Shown: positions 14,048-25,736 of the stretch, in pieces
How the letters are laid out: each line of letters opens with the position of its first letter
How positions within the stretch are numbered: the first letter of the stretch is position 1
Origin: Ascidiella aspersa
Taxonomy: Eukaryota
DNA length: 64,000 nucleotides
Direction: 5' to 3'
Assembly: GCA_963924565.1 (NCBI GenBank)
Contig: OZ004608.1
Span: 9,858,001 to 9,922,000 of the forward strand
The notes under the pieces: generated by a model
The model's input: only the letters and a program-made list of their open reading frames with translations
The model's database searches: none
Told to the model about the DNA's origin: nothing
Position numbers and translations under genes: made by a program

Positions 14048-14338
14048 GTGCATTTGGCGGACAATGTAAAAATCGGCGCTATAAGCTCGGCGGCCTAAAA
14101 CAAATAGGAAACAGGGAATATTCTACAAGTCATAACTGTTCGTCGATTGCCACTAGTGTTTAAAGTACGCTCGCGAATGACCTGTGCACAGCCCATTCGT
14201 GCATTTGGTATACAATATGAAAATCGGCGATATAAAAGCGGCCTAAAAAACAAATACAAAACAACTATTTAAAAGTCATAACTGTTCGTCGATTGCCATT
14301 ATTGTTTGAAGTGCGCTAGCGAATAACCTCCACACAGC
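14048..14338. repeat. Diverged tandem duplication, ~150-bp unit x2
   Basis: Units start at 14048 and 14199 (GTGCATTTGG..ACAAT..AAAATCGGCG..TATAA..GCGGCCTAAAA..AAGTCATAACTGTTCGTCGATTGCCA). Confidence 0.85.
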
Positions 14339-15384
14339 ACCAACCCAACGGGCTGACATTTTGTGAATGGCGATGTCGTAGCGACGAAGCCGATTCGGCG
14401 ACGAAGTTGAGCAAGTGGTCCACCTAGTGGTAAAATAAGGAGACACTTCACGTAGCGAAAACAAAATCGCCGTACTACAGGTACTGTTGTTATTAAAGGG
14501 AAGTGGCAGTAATTTATTTGGCTAAATCGCAAAGCAATTATACTCATTGAATATGATTTACAAATGTGTTGTTCTTTAAACCTCACTTGGTATTTCTCAA
14601 TATATTTCGGGGAACTACCCAAAAAAAAACATCAAAAACAGTTAAGAGTGGAACTTTTGACCGTCTAACAGGGTCAGTTCTATTCAAATTAATTTATTAA
14701 ACACGCTCTTTAATGAACTCGGAACATAATCATACCCAAATGATACAGGGGGTAGGTTTTGCTAAACACACATGTGACGGTGATTAGAATCCGCATCACG
14801 GTCAAAGTTAGATGGCGGCGGCGCGCCGTATGATTAGAACTCGCTTAAAACTTTTAGCGGGCGGCGAGGCGGCCTTAATCGTGGATTTCGCAGCGTTGAA
14901 GGCAGATCGACACCAAGTATCAGGGTTTAGAAGACGCGACGCAAATACGAACTCCAAATCTTCTAATTTAAACTTCCATCTAGAATTGTTACAAATAGTC
15001 TTAAGCTTCAAGAAAGCTAATAAAATAGTTAGCTCTAAAAATGTACAGGGAGGGTCGGTAAAACAACAATCGTGTATCTTTTATTAAGAGACTATAAAAA
15101 AAATGTATAGCAACCTTTTTGGAAAAATCGTACTACGACTCGTGTGGAAACTTGAATCTAACAACTTTGCAAAAAAGTAATTAGTGGCAACAGTACAAAC
15201 AAACAAGGAGCGAGTTTCCGGGCTGGGGGCCGCGATAACAAGCACCCCGTCCAGCGGACAATTAACGCGACAATGGCCATTGTTGCCAACTGTTTCAGGT
15301 GATATAATCGTTAGAGGAAGCGCAAGACGCTAATTACTCTTCGTGGGAAGTTGGGCTGTAAGGTAAGGAAAGGGGCGTCTATAG

Positions 15385-15703
15385 CAGCGGTGCTCAACTA
15401 GTGGGCCATGGCTCAACTGGTGGGCCATGGCAACTTTTTAGATGGGCCACAGACCAATATAGAAAAGCTAGATTTATTGAAGAATTTAGTTTCATTTGTG
15501 TCACTATACCTAATTTTACAGGTATAATGGCTTGGGGAGGAATTAAGTTGGAATGTAAATGAAACGTAAATTTATTGTTATATGCTCCACTATATTTTGT
15601 TCTAAACATTTTTACAGTTTGTCCATTCATAGAAATTTATTGGGCCACAAAATTTTTGTGCAACGAAAATGGGCCACGAAAGAAAAAAGGTTGAGAACCA
15701 CTG
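15385..15703. mobile_element. hAT (Charlie-like) MITE with perfect 8-bp TSD
   Basis: TIRs CAGCGGTGCTCAAC ... GTTGAGAACCACTG. TSD GTCTATAG at 15377-15384 and 15704-15711. An inverted sister copy lies at 45005-45331. Confidence 0.92.
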
Positions 15704-16087
15704 GTCTATAGGGTTGGTTGGTACGTTGCCGGAGAAATCGAACTGCAACGGTGCGGCGGCGAAAAGGCAAATAGAGAATTTGATTCGGGTGAGAGTTTCG
15801 CCGCCCGTGTCCCTCCATTAGTTGCACATTAACGTGGTTTTACGCCCAGCGTCGCGCCTCGTTTAAATTCAAATTTGGGAGAGCGTCAACAATTAAAGTA
15901 AACAGCAAACCACGGCGGGTGATTTTGTGTAAGAACTTGTGAATAAATCTTTTAAACCATTAAATTTTAAACACTATTACAGATAAATAGTTATTAAACA
16001 GACCCAATGCTTGACGATGTAAAGCGCACGCTCCAATGTGGTATAGAAAACAGATTGACAACGAAAAATATAATTTAATTAATACAT

Positions 16088-16214
16088 TTTATTTTAGGCA
16101 CACTATGCACGGATCTGTAGTGTAACTTGATAATGAATTGCAAAGCCAAAAAGGTCGAGTAGATCGATATCACCTTGATTAAAACGTTTCGATACGAGCT
16201 TGTATTATCTTCAG
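16088..16214. repeat. ~75-bp interspersed repeat, copy 2, with an adjacent Penelope-like ACGTTTCG...TCTTCAG motif
   Basis: Matches 4156-4233 and is followed by AAAACGTTTCGATACGAGCTTGTATTATCTTCAG. Confidence 0.7.
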
Positions 16215-17307
16215 TAAATTTTATTTTACAACAAGAAACTCGAAAATAAAATTAAAAGCATAAATACTTTTTATTACCAAAACCACAATGGCAATTATCC
16301 AAAAAAAAAAACTAAATCATCGGTTTTAAAACCAAATCAAAATGGCCGATTCGAATTAAAATATCTTAAATTATATTTAAAAGAAAAAAACGTGTCGTTA
16401 GACAGCGTTCCCCGACAGTGCTTCGAAACATGACGTTTGCAGTTGGCGCAACACCGGAAACACACGCAACGTTTAATTAAAAAAACAGAGGAAAACGACT
16501 TTGTGTGTCGCAATAGCGTCCCAATAATGCCAACTCACGTTACGTAACGGTAAAATATTGCGTTGCACCAGGGTCACGTGATCGATTACGTCATATTGTC
16601 CAACCCCGAACAAATAAAATCCCACGCATAAAAGGTTTTGTGTGTTGACAATTGTCACCGAAAAGACCACGCAAAACCACACTACATGTTTTCTGTACAA
16701 ACTAAACTGTTGGGAAATTTTTAACGACCTGACTGTGATTTTAATTTTCCCTTTTGTGAAAAGCTAGGTATTGACTTTGTATCTATATTCGTTTTTAAAA
16801 TGAAACTAAACAAAATAAATATGAAACTTTGAGGGCCAGACGGTGTGACGAATTTAGAACTTACATAGGGTAATTTGCCGTAATAACAAAGAGAAACTGA
16901 AAAAAGTTATAAATGTGGATGGCACTAAAACTCAAATTGACCACATACGTATATTCATGTGCTGACAAACTTTATGTCATGCCCCGAGCCCATTTCCAGA
17001 CGTAAACAACACGGCCTGCCAAAAGCAAATGCACATGTGACGGTGCCAAAAACGACTCGGGCTAGCATTAAGTCATCAGCGACCAACAAAAATAGGATTT
17101 TTAACCTAATTATTCAACTCGCATCACGAAATAAAGGCAAGGCTGCCACATCGAATTGTAAGATCTGCATACAAGTATTGTTAAGACGGAGACGTTAAAT
17201 GTTACTAAAAAAATTCGAAAGCTCTAACTTATAATTGCGATTGCGCGCACCGAAGTATTTTTTTTATGAAATTTACATGCCGTTACAATATACTTTACAA
17301 TTATATA

Positions 17308-17520
17308 CAGAGTAGGCCTAAAGTAGGCTTACAGTTATTCCACAGCGTTTGTTTGTAAGAAGAGGTAGCATCGAATGGCCACCACGCTCACCTGACCTGA
17401 CACCAATGGATTTCTTTTTGGGGGGTGTTGTAAAGAACAAGGTGAACCCCAAACAATAAATTTACTTTGAGACCCAAACCCTACTTTTTATGACTGTAAG
17501 CCTACTTTTGGCCCACTCTG
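17308..17520. mobile_element. Tc1/mariner-derived MITE (internal deletion derivative)
   Basis: 28-bp TIR CAGAGT(A/G)GGCC(T/A)AAAGTAGGCTTACAGT with TA flanks. The interior retains a transposase relic, W-PPRSPDLTPMDFF..G..K. An inverted sister copy lies at 36760-36955. Confidence 0.9.
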
Positions 17521-20428
17521 TAGATTCGAACTATAAGCAGTCCATAAACGACGTAAATGATTTACCGAACGCAAAAACGAAGTAAGGTTGTTTGATGGCG
17601 CAATGCATTTGAATAAACCACAAGTTTTAAACTCCGTATTGCAACGGCACGAAAAAAACAAAAAAAAAGTGCGTGAGAAGACAAAGTCCCAAAATATTTA
17701 TACGCGTGAAGACCAGGACAAATATTAATTGCAAAATAATTCAGAAATCGTCGCGACCCGGTTTCAATCATTCAAAGTCTACGGGCTTACGTGCGCGTTT
17801 AAAAATAGCAGAGTGCAGAACCTACACAAAGGCCTTTCGCCTGAGCGCTGACAAACTGACATGGGCGTAACGATTGTAGCGTCGTGGAAGAAACGGGTTG
17901 GGCAGCCGTGTTCGATTTGTTGACAAGACCGCAAAGGCATAAGTAACATGGCCCATCGATGACCAACGCCTCGATCCAAAGGCGGATCAAGCGCTAAGCA
18001 AAACAAGACGCTTAGCGCAAAGGGCACAGTATAACGAAGGCCTTGTGCAACTGTATCGACCTGGATGGCAGCGTATGATGCGTGATGGCATCCCTTCGCA
18101 ATTGGCTGCAACCTTTCCGATTTTTACGCGCTTACCGCGAGAAGGTGGTAGTGGGTGCGCTGCTATAATCTGCGATCTGTCATGAACCCGTAATAGAGCT
18201 AAAAGTGGCCCAGCTGGCGACCTTTTTTAGTGTATGTACACAGTATTATAAGTTATAACTTAATTAGGATTCCCAGCCCTTCTAACAGCTTAGACTAGAT
18301 CAAGGTTTCTCAACCGGGCTTCCCCTTTGTCCTGTCCTTATGTTACATGAGCAAGTCAAACTATTTTTAATTTTTCTAGTATTTATACTTTAGGATTACT
18401 TTATTACACCTTATGCAACACTATTAAACACTCGCATGTCATCTTATTTCAAAATACATCAACTTTATACGTTAATTTGAAGAAAATGCTCGTTGTCTGG
18501 CGAGTTTAGTGTATGTGTAACAGGTATCGTTACTTAAAATAAGATTCGCAGTCTTTCTAACAGCTTTTTTTATCAGACCAGTTGTTTCAAAACCTTTCAA
18601 AAAATTTGATTGGAGAACCCTTTGCAATTTTTTAGTAATTCACGGTCTCATATTAGCAAAAATACTTCAAAAAGTTTAACGATAATTGCAAAAAAACTAT
18701 ATGTAAAAAAGACCAAAAAAAACATATATTAAGACTTTATAAAAGCAAACTTTAAAGAGGTGGGTTCATTCCATTGGCTTTGTTTCAATCATTTTCAACT
18801 ATCTTCTTTTATTAGAAGTTTAAGAAATATTTTGGTGAATGTCCTAAAACTATACTTCACGCACCCTAAGTTATTAACTTATTAAAACAAGGGCACTTTA
18901 GAACCACTTTAAACCATAATCTTTTTCGAGTAGTCAGCAATTGATACAATCATAAACATGTGTTATAATTGGATTCTTGCCCAAAGTACACGGAAAGGTT
19001 TAGTGAATCAATTTACTGATTTCTCTTCCCTAAAGACACCGATATCGAGTCAGCAATTGCTTCAAATTAGGGAGTGGTTAAATTTACCACACTCCTACTT
19101 TTTATGCAATAAATACCAATTCGGATTCTCTTTCTAATTGTCACGACATATTAGGCAATACAGGATACACGATTTGCATACTGTTTACCAAGCGAAAGCA
19201 CCCATGCAGCGGATACCCACAGCGGAATAATAGCATTTAACTGCTTAATTTTTTAATTGTTCTTGTGCTTGTGCTAGGAGTTCCTGTCATAAAATCGAGC
19301 TTTCCGGTTTCACAAGGAAAAAAAAAAACCTTAGTGATAGGCTAACCTTTCACAGAATTACCAGCGATCTAAAAACAATCTCTCTTGCCTATATTCTGAA
19401 AATAAATTATCGCCTTGTATACGTTATACCACCACTTAACAACCGATTGGTTGCGAATTTTTTACAGGTGGGACTTTTAGTACGCTAATTTACTTTTGTT
19501 GAAGGCGAAAACACTTTAACCTGTTCGACATTCCTATACAGTATATTGTAGACCAGTTTCGCGTTAAAAGTGAATTGCAATAGTTCTTTGTGCTAATTGT
19601 TCTATGCCGCCACACCTTATTGATACGTACTAAGTAATACCAGGCGAACGACTGAGAAGAACTGCATTACATCATAGGCCCACCTTTAAGTAAAATTATC
19701 CTTAATCATAGCACTACTCTTCTAAAAATCTCATTTCCACGCATTACCTTTTCTAAAAAGTTGCCAGCGCAATAGCACGGTTTCGAAGCACGCATAAATC
19801 AGCTAAATTTGCAAGCTAGGTGCGTGTCTGTTTTGTTACCAGCGATTGTCACCCAATGAATATAATATCATTTAAAAAAAGCACTGTTTATTTAGCAAAA
19901 TTGTGGTTATAATACAAAAATTTTAAAGTACTTTATTAATTAAGCTTTTCAACAAGATCACCCAAAGTTAACTTTTAAATTATAATTTTTTTTAAGTGTT
20001 AAATGCAAATAATGTAACAGGTAAAAAGCATGTTACAAACACACCCTAAAATAACTCTAATTAGAAAATTTTGTTATGCAACTTCTATATTTGAGTAGGG
20101 TAAAAGGCGGTTATAACGCAATTCGTTTTCGATAGGAACAGAAAAACTTTCCGGTCTCGTCAAATTATTATCGCATCACGATTTTCGATCCATGCGATTC
20201 CCGCAACATTTCGGGATCCGTTAGGCGTCTGCCCATAGCAGCAGTTGATCACCCCAACGACTAATGGCCAATCCTTGTTACCACAAGTTTCCGACATGTG
20301 CAGACTCGGCCAAATTTAGCACCTACAGTCCTTTGCTTAACCTTTCGATCATTAACATGCGACGAGCTGTTTAATGAAACGTTATTCGAAATCGTTATAA
20401 AGATGATGTCCTCCTTGTGGATGAAACG

Positions 20429-20789
20429 CAGTGTTTTGAATTTGTTTTTGGATAGAGTACCACCTGGTTTTGAACCAATGTGTTTAAATATAGGCTTTAA
20501 AACAAAAATCTTGCTCTTTCCGCCAATTGCATATTTAGATTGTGGGTCAATTAAAAGTTACAAAGAGAAAATATATCTTGCGTAAACTTATAACTGACTG
20601 ACTTTGATTAAGACAGGAAAGTCTAAAGAATGTTTGCTCCCATTTGAAGTTATTGTCGTCAATTACGAGTAATGGCTAGGAGATATCTTCTTATTTACGC
20701 ATTCTGAACACCGCATAACACCTGAAAGCTGATATAGCGAATATAGCATCTGAAAACCCTTGGCGTGTACCACAGCTTAAGAACCACTG
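20429..20789. mobile_element. Degenerate hAT-like MITE
   Basis: CAGTGTTTTGAA start and TTAAGAACCACTG end. The TSD matches only partly. Confidence 0.4.
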
Positions 20790-23700
20790 AGTTAACGGAT
20801 CAAAAAATAATTTGAAAATAATTTTTTTTGTTTGTTCCTTTTGTAACAGCGTCTAGCTTTCACAAATGCGATTTTCAACACAAAATCATGAAACCCTAAT
20901 GGTCGTTAATTTACACACTGAACGCAGCACTAAAAAACACCAGAAAAAACTTAACCTGATTTAACAGCCATTTTCGAAAATTTACGTTTGTGAAAGGCAA
21001 CATTGAATTGTAGAGAAAAATATTTAATGAATCAATATTCAATGAATCAACGCATCGCATAAATGGTAATCGTTTCAAACGGAAGAGTGATTAATTTTAC
21101 TGTGATGTTGGTGAAATGCGCAGCCAAAAAGTCAAATCGTGCATTCAATACAATAGACCGATCGACTGAACTATTAATTTATCACCAATATGGCAATTGA
21201 AGTCGGCTTTCGGGCGGGGGGCTTCGGCATGAATTGACAGTTTAAAGCGGGGCATTTTACATGTTTCGGGGATTAGAAAAAGACGCGTGACAGGCCCAAT
21301 TATTTTACAAGCCCAATCGACAATACCGCCATTTTGCCACACAGCGCCATATAAGGCCTATTGACTCCAAATTCGGCGCAAAGCAGGCGCATGGAGGACG
21401 GATACCAGCGCGGAGAATGCCAGCACGACAAAAGAACACGCTCGCGCAGTTAGAATGCGGAAAGGCGCATGGTCATTTCGGAGCTCACGGGAAAACGTGC
21501 TTTAAATTTAACCCGGGTTACAATAAGCTCACGCCCATCTGCCCGCCCCGCCCACCACGCTGAAAAACCTATAAGCTTTCGACTTTGCGAGAACGGACAC
21601 ATTGTTATGGGCGTGACGTCACGATTGCCATTGTGACGCACGCGGCATTTGCGCAGCGTCTAAACGCGGGAGAATGGCCCCGGAAAATCGCCGTTTATCT
21701 GGGCCGCGAGGAGGCGATTTGAATGGGTCACGTCCACCGCAGCATCACGCCGTTTACCGGTCGCTGTGTCGTCACGAAATGTTTCCCGACTCACACGATA
21801 TAGAGGAGAAACCGGAGACGCGCCGGAAATTTGTTTGTTTACGTGTACAAAGGTGGTTCTCGAGCCTTTTTAGCTCATTGAAACAAAAATAATCGAGGCA
21901 TACTTTTCGTACGAGTTAAAGTTGATTTTAGAATGAACATCAAATATCTTATTCAGAAGCATAAAATAGGTAGCATTTCGTTAACGTTTTGAATACTTCT
22001 TTATTCATTTTGAACATCTAACGTTCGATGCGTTCACAAAATGCTAGCTATATATACTTCTTTTTGGGTTTGATATTCATTCTATACGTCTAACTATACA
22101 ACCACCAGGCTTTATGCTCCAAAGGTTGCCAGTCATCTCCGTTTTTAGAAAAAAAGTTGCCTTTGTAATACAGATATTTCACTGGCTCTAAGGACATTTC
22201 TAAAATTACAAAAAGCGCCTTATTTCGTGTCACGGCGCACATTTTGAAAACAACTGGTTCAGAGGAAAGCACCCTGAACTTGGTTGGCCCTTTCTTAGGT
22301 TATCAACGGGAATTTTGAGGCGTTTCTTTTCGCTGATCGCTTTTTAAATCGAATGGCAATTTTATTCGCATCTAAGATTTTCAATCTTAAACTTAATCCG
22401 TTTATCAAAACCCTGGGTTGCGCTTTAGAAAACTAAAATGCTCACATTGTTATAAGCTATTTATAAATTTCCGCATTTAGTTGAAAGAAAAAATTAAGTT
22501 TGCCCGACCATTTCGAAGATTATTTTAGGCCGTGGTATTATTTTTTACGCTTTCTTCGGATGAAGGTGGATAACAAGCGTTGTAAAAATTACAACTTACC
22601 AAGAAAACGTCTGTCACCCCAATGAAATGATATGAAGAGAATGGCTGTTTGAGGAGAAAATAATACCATACTATTGTCAACACGAACCTCGCAAATAAAT
22701 TAACCAGTAAACATGATTCCATGGTTGAAATAACTTCATTACTTTGAATTTAAGGGCATTTTATTTAAAAAGGTAAATATTTCACTCCAACGTAGTTGCG
22801 TCGCCTAAAAAGGATTCATAAACGAAATAATTTTTGCGCTTCTTTAAAACGAACACCCCATAAAAAACAAGTATGACTTCACTGAGTAAAACAACGAGAG
22901 TGACGTCCTTTCGGCAACAACGAAATACACGGGCGCCCGCAATAACGACGCACTATTATTTTCGTTACGCGCTTAGAAAGCAACCAACGTCATTTGCACT
23001 TTGCGAGTCCGGCGCAAATACGGAAGAAAATATCGCAAGCTCAATTTCTTGACGGAGGTCAGCGCGCAAATCGCGTGGCAGAAATGGCTTCCTCTTGAAG
23101 GTCGTGCCATTGCGCAAGTCATCGACGCGCAGACCGGGCTCATTTAGGGGATGACGAACGACACGGCTTTAAGAAATAGCCGCGACATTTACGAAAGATC
23201 GGTCCCATCTACCTGTTGTGTGCTGACGATGTAGCTGTCGGGTTTTGTTTTTTTGCTGGACTTGAATCATCAGGATATCGTGTCGTTTTTGCTAGCCGCA
23301 TGGGATATTTAAAAACTTTTTTTGTTTCGGAAAGATAAAACAAATGGCGATACCTTTAAGATTTCCTGGTGGAAACTAGAACCATTTACTAGAAGTACAA
23401 GAAATATATAGAAGAAATATATACACCTTTATTGTCGATTTATTTATTGTAAAAACGCAGCCTCATTTTAATACTGTACATTTAATATGCCTTTTAATAA
23501 AAGTACTTTCGACTCAAAATTTTATAAGGTTTAAATTGCGTACTTTTAGCAAAGTTTTTCATTATCCATTAAAAATCCGCATATGGTTCGTGATTAATTA
23601 CGCTTCTCACCTTTTCGCGCTATTATGGAACGCGAAATTAGCTTCCAGTGCCAGATCACGACACATGCGAATTGTGAATGGAGCGATGTTTGAACTTAGC

Positions 23701-25432
23701 AGTTTGACGGGTCAGATGCGTCGCGAAGAACACTTTATTGATGAGAGCGTCACTTTATTGATGAGAGCGCACTATCACGGAGGCAGATATTCGCCGCGGA
23801 GGTTTGATTTATGGTTAACAGCAGCCACTGGCGTGCATTGTGAGAAATGTCACACAAGTTTTGCAGCTGGATTTAAGTTTTTCCCCTTGGAAGCATTTTT
23901 TGCTTAAATGTTCTACGGTATTGCTATTTTAACGGTTTCTGTAAAATGCAAGTCATTTTTAACAATTAACAATAAGTTACCCATTAAAGGCCAGTCATTA
24001 CTTACCCCCGTCAAGTCCTAATCCAAGCGAATAGCACCACAAAGTCTGTCAGAAAACAAGGCTGCGTGAACCAACAACAATCTATAACCTTTTAAATTCC
24101 TTTATATGTTTTTGCCGGCTGATAACTGCATCGGGTGGCTTACTATTACAATTGCGCGGGTCAGTAAGTCATGAATTTCAGCAAAGCTGTAGACAAAGAT
24201 ATGCTGTAAAAAACGATAATGGACGCGTTTTATAGCGGAAAACAGTTTTTTAATCTCATAACAAAAAAGGGGGCAAATGAGGAATGATGCCGGTTTAATA
24301 TTAAGAGATAGGAATAAATACACTAACAGTGATAAGTTAGTTAATCACTACCTTCCCTGGTATACTCGTAAACTACACCATTGGAAGGGGTAACACAACT
24401 AACCTAAACCCTAACCTTTTAAAGTGTATGTCGTTCCAACAGTTCTATTAATTCAGGACGAAAACTCCGCCAAATCAAATAACTTCACAAGTTATAAATA
24501 ATCATGAAACCGGGTCTACAGCCTAAAGTTCCGTTAAGTTGGGCGATAGGTTCTAAACTTTCTCATTTCACACTAGACTATACGCCTACAATTTAAACAA
24601 AAACCGCCACAACGAGCGAAAATCCTATAATTTTATAGACTATAATTTTGTCTATTTACCCCAGACTAACGCTTAAACAATCTCGAATACAACACTAAGT
24701 ATTGTTACATCATAAAACTAAATAAAAGAGCTTATTTAATCCCATCTACAGTGCTTTAGTTTTATTACAGACAGTTTTATTTTAATTTTAAACTTTAAAA
24801 CGATATGGAAGTTAGACAACAATGATCTAGGTCAAAATTTAACTTTTTTTTTCTTTTGAATGAAATGACCAAGCAGTTAAGCGTTTGCAATAGAAGGGAT
24901 CGGCATAAAATGCAATATATCGCGCAAACAGTATTTAGTAAACTTATTTACAACTTCGAAAAACATAAGTTTATAGAAAACATTTGAGTGCACTTGTCTT
25001 ACTTGTAACAGTCTATAGCAGCTGAGTCACTAAGCGTTTTTCGTAGAGGGTCGAATAAGTCCAGGGATTGGTGGTCGCGGTCGACTATAAGATTTTGCAA
25101 ATAGGCTAGGGTAGCCATACGTCAGGATTTTTCCTAACATGTCAGGTATTTTAGTGTTGAAATCTGCATCAGGGAGAAATATCAAATCTCCTTATAATTC
25201 ATGAAGTTATCGTTTAATTTCAAAATGCAAGTTTTAATTTGCATCCAACAAGTATTTCGGTTGACAAAATATTAATAACCGTATTTTACGTTTGTTGTAG
25301 AATATGTCGCAAACTTGGAATAAATATACCAATGGACGGATCCAGTCCACTAGCCGAAAAATATATATATTATAAATTATAATTCTTTTTATTTGGCCCC
25401 ACTTTGCTATAGCTTACAAATCCAGTCCATAC

Positions 25433-25736
25433 CATTGGTCCCAACCGCAGTTCCGCGGCACACCTGCTGCTGAAGTGTCAATTTTCAAACTCAAGGGTGC
25501 CAAAATAGATTTTAGATATTAGGATTGCAATTTCTGTTTTGGTAAGCTTCTTAAAGCAATTATTTAAAAAACAAACTTGACTAAAAATTTTTTTTTTTAA
25601 ATCGTACTTTGTCGGTGTGTGATGGTATTTCTTTATGTCACCATCACAGTTAGGTACTAAACGAAAATGCTGGTTAAAGTGCCGAAACTTATTTATTATT
25701 TCTGTTGGCGTAAGCCAAAAAGGTTGGGAACCACTG
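25433..25736. mobile_element. hAT (Charlie-like) MITE
   Basis: Degenerate left TIR CATTGGTCCCAACC and right TIR GGTTGGGAACCACTG followed by TCCTAGAC. Confidence 0.6.

Noticed and set aside
23731-23769. 20-bp tandem duplication CACTTTATTGATGAGAGCG x2
   Set aside because: Only two copies with no spacer. A slippage duplication, not a CRISPR-like array.
24399-24417. CTAACCTAAACCCTAACC telomere-like motif
   Set aside because: Too short and degenerate. A similar motif at ~41752 suggests a common repeat fragment.
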